Source: an uncultured Pseudobdellovibrionaceae bacterium (lineage in GTDB: Bacteria; Bdellovibrionota; Bdellovibrionia; Bdellovibrionales; UBA1609). Taken from it: 64,000 bases of DNA. A model generated the notes under the pieces. It did not search any database. It saw only the letters and a list, made by a program, of their open reading frames with translations, and was not told where the DNA came from. Positions 1-10,015 of the stretch are shown one piece after another. The stretch covers positions 608,001 through 672,000 of the forward strand of contig CAWDNU010000001.1 of NCBI GenBank assembly GCA_963803705.1, read 5' to 3'. Position 1 is the first letter of the stretch, and every line of letters begins with the position of its first letter. Both the position numbers and the translations under genes were made by a program.

Positions 1-118
1 ATTTGAGCTTGGCGAAGCTAACCTCGAAGACTGTAACACTCTAGTATTGGGCGTTAGATTGGCACGGCCTTGTGTGCGAAATTTCAACGTATGTCTTATG
101 GCTTAATTTCGACATCAT

Positions 119-670
119 TCAAAAGTCGTGTTTCTGTTTGTTCTCTGCATCTAAAAAAACACGGCTACCGGTGGACTTTCTTTGCCCTTGGTATTTGCCG
201 TTATAAGGGTTTTTGGCACTTCGATCCATCTTGCAAAACACAAGCTGGCAGATTCTACGGCCAGCCTGTAATCGGATCGGTAAGGAGTTGGCATTGTAAA
301 GTTCTAAAGTAATCTGACCTTTAAAGCCTGGGTCAACCCAACCAGCATTTTGTATAAATAGACCGATGCGACCAATTGAACTTCTACCCTCAACAAAAGC
401 GGTTAAGTTGTCGGGCAGCTCGACGTATTCATTTGTTGTAGCTAGTAAAAAAGAGTGGGCAGGTATAGTGATTTCATCAGCTTCAATAGACCGATACTTT
501 ATTTCTGAATCTAAGGAGATAATTTCCATGTCTCTGTCTTCAACAAGCAAGAAGTGGGTTCCTAGCGTGCAATCAATTGATGCTGGTTGCACTGACTCTT
601 TTGTTAAAGGCGAAACATGAAGCTCTTTTTTTTCGATCATGCTAGTCAAAGTAATATCTGAAAGAATCAT
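119..670 (-). CDS. dcd: dCTP deaminase
   Basis: QPASID and EGRSSIGRIGL..AGWVDPGFKGQITLEL motifs; C-terminal Y.GKYQGQ. Confidence 0.93.
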   Translation of the reverse strand: MILSDITLTSMIEKKELHVSPLTKESVQPASIDCTLGTHFLLVEDRDMEIISLDSEIKYRSIEADEITIPAHSFLLATTNEYVELPDNLTAFVEGRSSIGRIGLFIQNAGWVDPGFKGQITLELYNANSLPIRLQAGRRICQLVFCKMDRSAKNPYNGKYQGQRKSTGSRVFLDAENKQKHDF

Positions 671-678
671 AAAACCCT

Positions 679-2784
679 TTAAGCGTTTTCTGCAGCTCGT
701 TTATCTTCGTAAGCTTTAACTAAGCCATCTTGAACAGTTCTAGGTGCTGGTGCATATCTTGAAAATTCCATAGTGAATTCACCTTTACCTTGAGTTGCAG
801 ATCGTAGTTCTGTAGAGTATCCAAACATTTCAGAAAGAGGAACGTCAGCGGTCACAGTTACAGAGGCTTCTTGAGTGTTTGTTCCTTGAATGATTCCTCG
901 TCTTTGGTTGATTTGACCCATTACAGATCCTTGAAATTCTTCTGGAGCTGAAACTTCAACTTTCATCATAGGCTCTAGGGCCACAGGGTTTCCTTTCATA
1001 TAGGCCTGTCTGAAAGCTGCCATCGCACAAATTCTAAAAGCCATTTCACTTGAATCCACATCGTGGTAAGCGCCGTCGTCAAGATTAGCTTTTACACCTA
1101 CTACGGGGAATCCAATCAAGGCCCCTTTTGCCATTTGCTCTTGGAAGCCTTTATCGCAGGCAGGGATAAATTCCCTAGGAATACGACCCCCAGTTACATT
1201 GTTTTTGAATTCATAAAGATTTTCAGCATTTGGATCCATCGGCTCTAAGCTTCCAACAACTTTTGCGAACTGACCGGAACCACCGGTTTGTTTTTTGTGA
1301 GTGTAGTCAAAAGGAGAAGTGATAGACAAGGTTTCTCGGTAAGCTACTTGGGGCTGACCAGTTACAACTTCACAATTAAATTCTCTGGACATACGTTCTA
1401 CGTAAACCTCTAGGTGAAGTTCACCCATACCTGCAATGATGGTCTCATTAGACTCTTCGTCTCTAGAGACTCTAAATGTTGGATCTTCTTTTGTGAATTT
1501 ATTCAAACCTTTGGTGAAGTTTGAAGCAGTAGCTTTGTCCTTAGGTCGGATTGAAAGCGAAATAACCGCATTAGGAATGAACATTGAAGTCATAGTAATA
1601 TTCACATCACCATCTGTGAAGGTATCTCCTGAAGCACAATCCACACCGAACAAAGCGACAATATCCCCTGCATAAGCAATATCAATCTCTTCCATTTCAT
1701 CTGAATGCATACGGCCTAATCGAGGAACTTTCACTTTTTTGTTCCCAGTCATATTATAAATAAATTCGCCTTTTTTAAGCGTTCCTTGATAGATGCGCAT
1801 GTAAGTCAACTGACCATACCGGCCTTCTTCAAGTTTAAACGCTAGGGCCACTAAAGGTTTGTCAGAATCAGTTTCTAAAATAATTTCTGCCTCTTCTTTA
1901 TCTTGATCTAAACCTTTGTTAACAATATCAGTTGGAGCCGCTAAGTAATCTTCAACGGCATCAAGAAGTTTTTGAACTCCTACATTTTTAAACGCAGAAC
2001 CACAAAATACTGGCGTCAAATTTAAAGACAATACACCCTTTCTAATGGCAGCCTGTAGCTCTTCGACAGTAGGTTCTTCTTCAGTCAGATATTTTTCAGC
2101 TAGTACATCATCAAAGTCGGCGGCTTTACCGATTAATTCTTTACGATATTTAATGGCGTCGTCCATCATCTCTGGTGGAATATCTTTTTCCACTACTTTA
2201 ACGCCAGCCTCACCTTCGTTATAATAGGCTTTCATAGTTACTAAATCTACCGCACCAACGTGCTTTTCTTCCAAACCAATAGGAATCTGAGCCATAACTG
2301 AATTATGTTTTAGTTTTTCGGCCAAGGCTGCGCAAACTCTGAACGGATTTGCACCCTGGCGATCTAATTTGTTTACAAACGCTAATCTTGGAACGTTATA
2401 TCTGCGCATTTGACGATCGACTGTAAAGGACTGTGATTGAACACCCGCAACGCCACATAAAACAAGAATTGCGCCATCTAAAACACGAAGAGAACGCTCA
2501 ACTTCGACGGTGAAATCAACGTGTCCAGGGGTATCAATAATATTAATATCGGTATTTTTCCATTTAACGGCAGTTGCGGCTGACTGAATAGTAATTCCAC
2601 GCTCCCGTTCAAGTTCCATGGAATCCATTTTAGCACCTACACCATCTTTACCGCGCACATCATGAATGGCATGAATTTTACCAGTGTAAAATAAGATTCT
2701 TTCAGTCAAGGTCGTTTTTCCAGAGTCGATATGAGCCGATATACCAATATTTCTAACCTTTGTTACATCCCATTTGCTTGCCAT
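679..2784 (-). CDS. fusA: Elongation factor G (stand-alone copy)
   Basis: [45 protein letters not shown]; 701 aa. Confidence 0.97.
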   Translation of the reverse strand: MASKWDVTKVRNIGISAHIDSGKTTLTERILFYTGKIHAIHDVRGKDGVGAKMDSMELERERGITIQSAATAVKWKNTDINIIDTPGHVDFTVEVERSLRVLDGAILVLCGVAGVQSQSFTVDRQMRRYNVPRLAFVNKLDRQGANPFRVCAALAEKLKHNSVMAQIPIGLEEKHVGAVDLVTMKAYYNEGEAGVKVVEKDIPPEMMDDAIKYRKELIGKAADFDDVLAEKYLTEEEPTVEELQAAIRKGVLSLNLTPVFCGSAFKNVGVQKLLDAVEDYLAAPTDIVNKGLDQDKEEAEIILETDSDKPLVALAFKLEEGRYGQLTYMRIYQGTLKKGEFIYNMTGNKKVKVPRLGRMHSDEMEEIDIAYAGDIVALFGVDCASGDTFTDGDVNITMTSMFIPNAVISLSIRPKDKATASNFTKGLNKFTKEDPTFRVSRDEESNETIIAGMGELHLEVYVERMSREFNCEVVTGQPQVAYRETLSITSPFDYTHKKQTGGSGQFAKVVGSLEPMDPNAENLYEFKNNVTGGRIPREFIPACDKGFQEQMAKGALIGFPVVGVKANLDDGAYHDVDSSEMAFRICAMAAFRQAYMKGNPVALEPMMKVEVSAPEEFQGSVMGQINQRRGIIQGTNTQEASVTVTADVPLSEMFGYSTELRSATQGKGEFTMEFSRYAPAPRTVQDGLVKAYEDKRAAENA

Positions 2785-3179
2785 ACGACCAATCTCCTTT
2801 TTTTGCTGTTAGCTTCACAGTTAGGCTTAGACAGCTGTTTGCGTCCCGGCTTCACAGATCCACCTACAGGACTATTTAGAACTAAAATTTCTATAATAAT
2901 TAATGCACAAAATAAATATACCGAAAAAACAAAAAAATATTCGGTGAAGCCTATTGAATTATCATCAAAAAATTGGGAGTGCAATCGATGGCAGCCATCA
3001 AAATAGGCGAATTTGTAAACATTCAAAACCCCTACACCCTGCCTAATCCATTGCACTGTTTATTTCGCATATCATGCAAGACTTAAAGAGGCAGAGAGTC
3101 CAATAGAGAATTGAAATTGGCCTAGTGGCTTTGATGGTTTATGTTAGAGCTCTAGTAATATAACCTTGCGTGGTGCCCT

Positions 3180-4592
3180 GTGAACTTGGATCAAATTCTT
3201 AAAGATAAGTTTAAAAAAGAAGCATTTCGCGAAGGTCAGAGACCTATAATTGAAAACGCCCTGGCAGAAACTAATGTCTTCGCTACAATACCTACAGGTG
3301 GAGGCAAAAGTCTATGTTACCAATTTTTAGCCGGGCTTCAAAGTGGTCAAGTTATGGTGATCTCGCCATTAGTGGCTCTTATTGATGATCAGCACAAAGA
3401 GGCTCAAAATCTAGGCTTAAATTCTTTAAAAATTCACTCTAATCTAAGCTCAAAAGACAAGAAAGAGTTTTACAATAACCTTGGTCAGGCAGATATTTTA
3501 TTTTTGACTCCAGAAAGATTGATTCAGCCAGAATTTTGGACTCGAACTTTAGAACATCTAAAAGTAAAATATCTGGTGATCGATGAGGCCCATTGTATGT
3601 CTCAGTGGGGCAGTGACTTTAGACCAGACTATACAAGAATTCCTGACTTTATCGATCAGTTAAAACAGCCCACAGTGTTAGCGATGACAGCAACTGCGAC
3701 TTCAAAGGTAAAGGAAGATGTTTTAAGTCGCTTGAAAGAAAAAAGCGAAAAACCATGGTTTTTTCATTCAGCCCCGCTTGAACGCCCCAATATTAAGCTT
3801 CAAATTTTTGAAAGCTTTGGCTTCGAAGAAAAATTACAACGAATTGCCTACCAACTAAAATCAATAGAGGGCTCTAAAATTGTTTATTTCGCGCTTATTC
3901 AGAATCTGGAAAAGGCTAGTGAAGAACTGGTAAGGCTGGGTTTTCAACATACAAAATATCATGGTCAACTTCCACCTTATGTTAAATTAAAAAACCAAAG
4001 GTCTTTTTTTACTGACGAGCGATCGTTAATTTTGGCAACTCCGGCTTTCGGATTAGGTGTTAACAAGCCAGATATTAGAATGGTTTTGCACTTTGAAATG
4101 CCACAATCTATCGAAGCCTATTACCAAGAAGTCGGTCGAGCTGGGCGAGATGGCTTAAAAGCTGTGGCCGAATTGATGTACGATAAAGATGACGCTGAAA
4201 TTCATCTAGATTTCTTGAAGTGGAATCATCCCGAACCGGGCTTCATCACGTCGATATATAATCTAATTTTAGACTATCCTCAGAGATACAAACAAGAGGG
4301 TGCAGATTTCCTAAGAGAGAAGTTAAATTTTTATAATAGAAGGGATTTTCGGGTTGAAACCGCATTGAACCTTCTAAAAAGGTGGGATGTTTTGTTGGAA
4401 AAAAAAGGCGCATCACCAACACTATCCGACAGAAGTCTACTTAACGATATTCCTGATATCGATGAAGAATTGTACGCGCAAAGGAAAAGGTCAGCTCAAA
4501 TACGGCTTTTAGATCTGATCCAACTTTTGGAAAAATTTAAAGCGAATTCTATGGGGTTACAAGAAGCCATCATTGAATACTTCAAGTCATGA
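3180..4592 (+). CDS. RecQ-family ATP-dependent DNA helicase (short form)
   Basis: PTGGGKSLCYQ, IDEAHCMSQWGSDFRPDY, TATAT, YYQEVGRAGRDG. Confidence 0.92.
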   Translation: MNLDQILKDKFKKEAFREGQRPIIENALAETNVFATIPTGGGKSLCYQFLAGLQSGQVMVISPLVALIDDQHKEAQNLGLNSLKIHSNLSSKDKKEFYNNLGQADILFLTPERLIQPEFWTRTLEHLKVKYLVIDEAHCMSQWGSDFRPDYTRIPDFIDQLKQPTVLAMTATATSKVKEDVLSRLKEKSEKPWFFHSAPLERPNIKLQIFESFGFEEKLQRIAYQLKSIEGSKIVYFALIQNLEKASEELVRLGFQHTKYHGQLPPYVKLKNQRSFFTDERSLILATPAFGLGVNKPDIRMVLHFEMPQSIEAYYQEVGRAGRDGLKAVAELMYDKDDAEIHLDFLKWNHPEPGFITSIYNLILDYPQRYKQEGADFLREKLNFYNRRDFRVETALNLLKRWDVLLEKKGASPTLSDRSLLNDIPDIDEELYAQRKRSAQIRLLDLIQLLEKFKANSMGLQEAIIEYFKS

Positions 4593-5212
4593 AAAAACTT
4601 AAGTATTTTAAGAATATTGATCCAGTTGATGATTCTGGAGTTGTTGCATGGAGTCCTTCTTTAGAATCAGACCAAATAATAGAGGCTTATCAAAATGGTA
4701 TCTTTCCTTGGCCAAATGCACAGGGATCAGTTTGTTGGTTCAGCCCACTAATGAGAGGAATCCTTAAGTTCAAAGATTTGAAGTGGTCAAAAAAAGATTT
4801 AAAATTTTTTAAAAAAACTTCATTTGTTTTTAAAATAAACGCTAATTTCAAACTTGCTATTGAAACTTGTGCCAAGGCAAAGATAAGTCAGAAAACTGAA
4901 ACCTGGATAACAAGTGATGTGATCGAAGCTTACACGGATTTGCACCAACAAGGTGCTGCTATTTCGTTTGAAACTTACGAAGGTGAAGACTTAGTCGGCG
5001 GTATTTATGGTGTTCTTTCAAAAAATTACTTTAGTGCAGAAAGTATGTTTTATCTAAAATCCAATGCTTCTAAATTTGCTCTTTTTAATGCTGTAGAATT
5101 TTTATCCGGAATAGGTATGGCATGGATCGATACGCAAGTGGTAACAGATTTTACGTCTCAATTAGGTGCAAAGGTGATCACCCGACAAGAGTTTTTAGAA
5201 CTGATAAAGTGA
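4589..5212 (+). CDS. aat: Leucyl/phenylalanyl-tRNA--protein transferase
   Basis: AYQNGIFPW, WFSP, LVGGIYGV, ESMF, NASK, IDTQ; ATGA overlap with the RecQ gene. Confidence 0.92.
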   Translation: MKKLKYFKNIDPVDDSGVVAWSPSLESDQIIEAYQNGIFPWPNAQGSVCWFSPLMRGILKFKDLKWSKKDLKFFKKTSFVFKINANFKLAIETCAKAKISQKTETWITSDVIEAYTDLHQQGAAISFETYEGEDLVGGIYGVLSKNYFSAESMFYLKSNASKFALFNAVEFLSGIGMAWIDTQVVTDFTSQLGAKVITRQEFLELIK

Positions 5213-5288
5213 TAGGACATTTCTACCGAATTATATTATACTATAATGAGTGCTTTAAGTTTTAGGTTATTGATACCAGGAGCCTCTA

Positions 5289-5786
5289 ATGAAAATCGAA
5301 AAAAACAAAGTTGTTTCTATGTCTTATTCTTTATCCAACGGCACTGGTCAAATTTTGGAACTTAGGTCGATTGATAATCCTGTTCAATTTTTGGTTGGGT
5401 ATGGTCATATTTTACCAAGCTTGGAAAAAAAGATTATAGGAGAGTCCGAGGGCTTCACCGGGCAATTTTTTTTGGACGCGCATGACGCTCACGGGGTTTA
5501 TGACAAAGCACTTGTTAAAGAGATGAAACCTTCTCAATTTCCTGAAGGTGTAGAACTAAAAAAAGGGATGAAGTTCGAATCCACCGACGCGAAAGGCGAG
5601 CCCTTAGCCTTACACATAATTGACATCAAAGGTGAAGTCATTTTGGTTGATGGAAATCATCCGCTTGCAGGAATGCCTCTTAATTTCGATCTAAAAATTT
5701 TAGAAATAAGAGATGCGGCCGAAGAGGAAATTTTTCAGGGGAAAGTCCTTACAAGTCTACAGCCCGAATCAGACACAAAACATTAG
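5289..5786 (+). CDS. slyD: FKBP-type peptidyl-prolyl isomerase, SlyD-like
   Basis: MKIEKNKVVSMSY, VDGNHPLAG, I.EIRDA.EEEI; His-rich tail absent; AGGAG RBS. Confidence 0.88.
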   Translation: MKIEKNKVVSMSYSLSNGTGQILELRSIDNPVQFLVGYGHILPSLEKKIIGESEGFTGQFFLDAHDAHGVYDKALVKEMKPSQFPEGVELKKGMKFESTDAKGEPLALHIIDIKGEVILVDGNHPLAGMPLNFDLKILEIRDAAEEEIFQGKVLTSLQPESDTKH

Positions 5787-5910
5787 GGCCTGTTGAACAA
5801 GCATCATCTTCGTTGTTGCCTTCGCTTAAATCTCATTCGACGTAGATAAACTACGACTCATTCGATTTTAAGCTTGGACGCCTAGAATCTAATACTTGTT
5901 CAACAGGCCC
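5786..5910. repeat. 125-bp MITE/REP-like element, copy 1
   Basis: Perfect 16-bp terminal inverted repeat GGGCCTGTTGAACAAG...CTTGTTCAACAGGCCC; internal hairpin CGTAG-ATAAA-CTACG; near-identical copy at 14433-14557. Confidence 0.88.
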
Positions 5911-5956
5911 CCTAGGATTAACCAAAATGATTTTCATTTATATAGAGTCCTTTCAA

Positions 5957-6115
5957 AGTTATACTAAATTTATAATAATGGTTAGGTACATATTATCAAA
6001 AAGCTCAAACAGACTCTGTCATTCGCTTTGCACGTGAACGCTTGCAAAGCTTCACGCCAAAGAACTCGCTTTTTGATAATATGTACCTAACCATTATTAT
6101 AAATTCAGTATAACT
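5957..6115. repeat. 159-bp element with 48-bp terminal inverted repeats (MITE-like)
   Basis: 5957-6004 is the reverse complement of 6068-6115 with one mismatch; inner hairpin GCTTTGCA...TGCAAAGC at 6025-6050. Confidence 0.85.
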
Positions 6116-6127
6116 GTATAAAGTCCA

Positions 6128-6715
6128 TCAAATTTTAAATTGTGGAGTTTCTTTTGCGGCTTCTTTCTTTAGATCTGAAATCATGTTTTTTAGACCCTCT
6201 AAATCGGATTTTATCCGTTCGTTTTCAGCTTTGAAAGATTCTAGTTCATCATAAGCTTTTACTGCCAAGGTGGGTTTTGTGTTTGACTCTAATTCAAATT
6301 CATTTTTTTTCCGCCAGAGTCTGGCTTCAGATTCTTCAAGCTTCTTAAGAGTCTTTTTGTACTTTTGATTTAAAAATTGAAGTCGGCCATATATATAGGT
6401 CCTGACGAATTCATTCTCATTGAAATTTTCACAGGTGCCTTTGTAAACGAAGCCACTTTTTCCAAATTCAAGCGCAGCATCTTTTTCGCAGAACTGGGAA
6501 GCGCCTTCATCAAATCCTTCGTTAAAAACCTGTCGGTCAATTTGAACTTTGAACCTTTGACAAATTTTAGCAAGTTTTGTGAATTCACTTCTGTTTTCGC
6601 CACTTAATGCTAATAGAAACGCTTCTTTTCGCCAATTTGTCTTTTCACAACTGCTTTTGGTAAATTGCTGGCAAGCAGACAGAAATATCAAAAATAAAGG
6701 AATCCAACGACACAT
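6128..6715 (-). CDS. Lipoprotein, DUF2799-like, with C-terminal coiled coil
   Basis: Lipobox FLSAC; C...NW...G, G..QFC, Y.GTC pattern; coiled-coil tail. Confidence 0.65.
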   Translation of the reverse strand: MCRWIPLFLIFLSACQQFTKSSCEKTNWRKEAFLLALSGENRSEFTKLAKICQRFKVQIDRQVFNEGFDEGASQFCEKDAALEFGKSGFVYKGTCENFNENEFVRTYIYGRLQFLNQKYKKTLKKLEESEARLWRKKNEFELESNTKPTLAVKAYDELESFKAENERIKSDLEGLKNMISDLKKEAAKETPQFKI

Positions 6716-6879
6716 AAACTATTGATAACACAAGTCGGCTATTTTTATTAAAAGATTGTTTGCGTCTAAATTAAACCTATAATTTAAACTCTTTATTGAA
6801 AGAAAATAATTATCTACTAAATTTTTTTAATAAAGACAGAAAAAAGTTAAAAACTAAAAACTTAAAGCGAGGTCCTTCC

Positions 6880-7527
6880 ATGAAAATTTTCAATTTAATC
6901 ACTCTAGCTCTGACTTCCATACTACTTTGTTCTGGTTGCGCAACGTCTCCAGGCAAAAAGACCGCAACGGGGGCAGGTGTAGGGGCCGCTATAGGGGCAG
7001 GACTTGGTGCTGTCATCGGACACAGGACTGGAAAGGCTGGCGGTGGAGCTTTAATAGGAGCAGCTGTAGGTGGAGCTTTCGGAGGTGCAGTAGGAAACCG
7101 ATTGGACAAGCAAGCAAAAGAGCTTGAGGCCATCGCTGAAACTAGACGCACAGACAACGGAATCGTTACCAAGCTGAAGGGTGATATTCTATTTGCAACA
7201 GGTAAAGACAATTTAAAGTCTGAGGCTCAAACCAACATCAATCAAATTGCAGAGATTCTTATAAAGTACCCCGAAGATCGGTTAAAAGTATTTGGCCATA
7301 CGGATACCGACGGTTCAAAGTCACTTAACGCCGCCTTATCACAAAAGCGAGCTAACTCTGTTAAAGCTCAACTAGTTAAGGGTGGGGTTCCTGCGATGTA
7401 CATAGAAACGATAGGAATGGGAGAATCAATGCCTGTTGCTTCAAATGCAACTGCCAAAGGTAAACAGTTAAACAGACGGGTTGAAATTGAAATCACCGTT
7501 GATAAAGACGCCATTAATTCTAAGTGA
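6880..7527 (+). CDS. OmpA-family lipoprotein with glycine zipper (YiaD-like)
   Basis: Lipobox CSGC, glycine zipper, GHTDTDGS..LN..LS.KRA, NRRVEI; start placed at ATG 6880 after GAGG. Confidence 0.92.
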   Translation: MKIFNLITLALTSILLCSGCATSPGKKTATGAGVGAAIGAGLGAVIGHRTGKAGGGALIGAAVGGAFGGAVGNRLDKQAKELEAIAETRRTDNGIVTKLKGDILFATGKDNLKSEAQTNINQIAEILIKYPEDRLKVFGHTDTDGSKSLNAALSQKRANSVKAQLVKGGVPAMYIETIGMGESMPVASNATAKGKQLNRRVEIEITVDKDAINSK

Positions 7528-7639
7528 CCATAAGATATAGCCCTTTTGATTAAGAGACTAAATATAGGTGGTTTTCAGGCATTCTTTTAGAAAGTGAATA
7601 TTGCCTACTGTGCTTAAAATCCAATGTCAAATTTGTGTT

Positions 7640-7666
7640 AAAGCTTTCATTTTGAAAGCTTTTTTT
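7640..7666 (+). terminator. Probable intrinsic terminator
   Basis: AAAGCTTTCA-TTT-TGAAAGCTTT followed by a T run, downstream of the OmpA-family gene. Confidence 0.5.
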
Positions 7667-7740
7667 GGTTTAACGCATGAAAAATGCTGCCTTTTTCTCT
7701 ATTTATTTGGATAGAATTTAGATGGGGAATGGGGGCACTA

Positions 7741-8394
7741 ATGGCGAACAAATTGGGGTTTATAGTTTTAGCTTTTTTTCAGATATTATTTTTATCTGCG
7801 CAGGCATTTTCTGGCACTGTTGATAGATCAGTAGGGACCGCATTCATACAAGGTTACGGGAAAAATCAAATCGAGATAAGCTCTATTTCAATATCATACA
7901 TGCAGGTGCTTTTCGAAGCTTTAACTCGCACATACAGTATACCTTTTAGGTACCCAGATGATGGTTGCTTTGCCAGAGCCCATAAAACTGCTTTGCTTCT
8001 TGAAGATTTGGGCATAGTAACCGCCAAAAGTTTTATCATCGGAGATTTGAAACTGTATACTAATGATAGTCCAAAAGGCTTCGTCAACTGGTGGTATCAT
8101 GTTGCCCCGATAGTGCACATTAAAGAGATTGATGATGTTATGATTTTTGATCCAACGTCATCTAAAGAACCTTTAACTAAGGCTGAATGGGTAGAAAAAT
8201 TGACCTCTCATAAATATGGAAGTGTTGATAAGACTTTTGAAACAGAAAGGTACACTTATAGACCAGAAGACGCAGATAAAAATCTTAAAGAGTATCAAAA
8301 AGCTGACATCCTTTACATGAAAGATTCATTAGATGTTTATTTAGATCATTTAATGCAAAGAAGAATATTTAATTTAAGGCTTAACGTTTCTTAG
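7741..8394 (+). CDS. Secreted protein-glutamine glutaminase family enzyme
   Basis: Signal peptide; IPFRYPDDGCFARAH (Cys), WWYHVAP (His), IFDP (Asp); start could extend to 7684. Confidence 0.82.
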   Translation: MANKLGFIVLAFFQILFLSAQAFSGTVDRSVGTAFIQGYGKNQIEISSISISYMQVLFEALTRTYSIPFRYPDDGCFARAHKTALLLEDLGIVTAKSFIIGDLKLYTNDSPKGFVNWWYHVAPIVHIKEIDDVMIFDPTSSKEPLTKAEWVEKLTSHKYGSVDKTFETERYTYRPEDADKNLKEYQKADILYMKDSLDVYLDHLMQRRIFNLRLNVS

Positions 8395-9944
8395 TTTGTG
8401 GTTAAATACCTATAGCACTGATTTACTGGAACAGATGTCTGACCAAAGAATTCATTTTTAATTCGTGCCATTGAAGCGTAATTATATGGTTTCAAATCTT
8501 TTCCAGACACTCTACGAAACAAATTCTTCAAAAAGTTATCTGGTGTATCTGTTACAGCTTGAAAGTTTCTGTGGAAAAATCTACTCCATAAATTTTTATC
8601 TAATTTATTTACCAGTCGAACTGCATACTTGTTAGCTAACAAGCCCAGCGCACCGCTGCCAATCAATAGGGCCTCTTGCATCGAATTTAATTTGTAAAAT
8701 TCGGCTTCAACTCCGTATGGAATTCCGATAGCTAGGGCGCCAATACCCAACAAATGTAATGTTCGGGCATTATTAATCAAATTTTCTGAGACATAAGTGT
8801 CTGCTTTTAATTTTTCGGTAACAAAGCTCCACGGTGAAGACGCTAAACCGATCAAAACTGAGTTTCTAAAGATAAAATCCAAATACTCTGGATTCCAGAC
8901 TTCGTTTCCATCTTGCAAGGTGTAGAAAGCTAGTTGCAAAGGTATAGCATATAAGGTCGATGCCGCAGATGCTCTAAAGATCTCGAAGCCTAAAGGATTC
9001 TTTTCAGACAAATAAAATCGTCTGTCACTCGCAAAATTAACTCGGTTTCCACTGTATCTTGCAATCTGCCATCCAGAGCGAATGAATTCATAACCGAATT
9101 CATAAATTTTTCGCGTTAGAGATTCATTTCTAGGAATTGTATATAAAAGTGCAGTGCTCATGGCAGCAGAAGCAATGGCTGCACCTGTCCATTCACCGCT
9201 TGAAACATAAACCCACGAGGGTCCAATAGTAGCAGCGCCCGTTGCAGTTAAAACCGAAGCCACCGCGATTCCTGAAAAAGAAAGTGTTTTTCCGGTCTCA
9301 AGTAAGCTTCGCCCAGTCTGTTTTAAATCGACCCAAACGTTATTAAAGATTGACGAGTTTCGGTCTAATCTTTCAACAAAATTGTGTGGTAGATCCTCCG
9401 CAACTATCAAACCCTCTTCTTTCAACCTTAAACTTACTCCAGTGAGATCAGTTTTATTTGACTCTGCAGCAACTGAAAAAGCTTCAGCTGAAAGGCTTGG
9501 ATTAACAAATTCAGCATAAATCCTTAAATTCTTTTCTGCTTTAGCTTTATTTATATCCGAAGATATTTCAGCCCATAACTCTTTGTATTTACTGGCGTTG
9601 TTATCAGTTGGCTTGAAGACCAACACAATCGTATGATTGATCGGTGCAATATCGATCAATTCTTTTATTGAATCAGCTATTTCGCTCATGGTTTTTAAGC
9701 CATCAGTGGAAGTCAGTACCATCTTCAAGGTCGGTGACACCTGAGTTACTACCGCTTCGCTCTCGATTTGATTTCTAGAAGGTGATGCTGGGCGATTTTC
9801 CACAGCAGTTTGCCCTAAGGCAGCTGAGCCACTTTCAACCTCTGGCGTGATGCCTGAGCCGTAGGCGGGGCTTAATAATAGTAAAAAAGTTGAAATTAAA
9901 ATTCCAATAGATATCAAGTTCTCTTTTTTCCCTAAGCCGTTCAA
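8391..9944 (-). CDS. Hypothetical exported/membrane protein (517 aa)
   Basis: TTG start with AGGAG RBS; signal peptide; several Gly/Ala-rich hydrophobic segments; no family recognised. Confidence 0.75.
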   Translation of the reverse strand: MNGLGKKENLISIGILISTFLLLLSPAYGSGITPEVESGSAALGQTAVENRPASPSRNQIESEAVVTQVSPTLKMVLTSTDGLKTMSEIADSIKELIDIAPINHTIVLVFKPTDNNASKYKELWAEISSDINKAKAEKNLRIYAEFVNPSLSAEAFSVAAESNKTDLTGVSLRLKEEGLIVAEDLPHNFVERLDRNSSIFNNVWVDLKQTGRSLLETGKTLSFSGIAVASVLTATGAATIGPSWVYVSSGEWTGAAIASAAMSTALLYTIPRNESLTRKIYEFGYEFIRSGWQIARYSGNRVNFASDRRFYLSEKNPLGFEIFRASAASTLYAIPLQLAFYTLQDGNEVWNPEYLDFIFRNSVLIGLASSPWSFVTEKLKADTYVSENLINNARTLHLLGIGALAIGIPYGVEAEFYKLNSMQEALLIGSGALGLLANKYAVRLVNKLDKNLWSRFFHRNFQAVTDTPDNFLKNLFRRVSGKDLKPYNYASMARIKNEFFGQTSVPVNQCYRYLTTN

Positions 9945-9999
9945 TTCAAAGCTCCTAATTATAAATTTAAATGATCAAATTACCTAAGCAATTTAATAA

Positions 10000-10015
10000 A
10001 GCAATTGCAATGCCA
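10000..10015 (-). promoter_or_regulatory. Sigma-54 (-24/-12) promoter of the 517-aa gene
   Basis: Minus strand TGGCATTGCAATTGCT, exact GG-N10-GC spacing, about 55 bp upstream of the start. Confidence 0.65.

Noticed and set aside
2731..3056. ORFs 2731-3006 (+) and 2763-3056 (-)
   Set aside because: They overlap the fusA start and promoter region and do not resemble any protein family.
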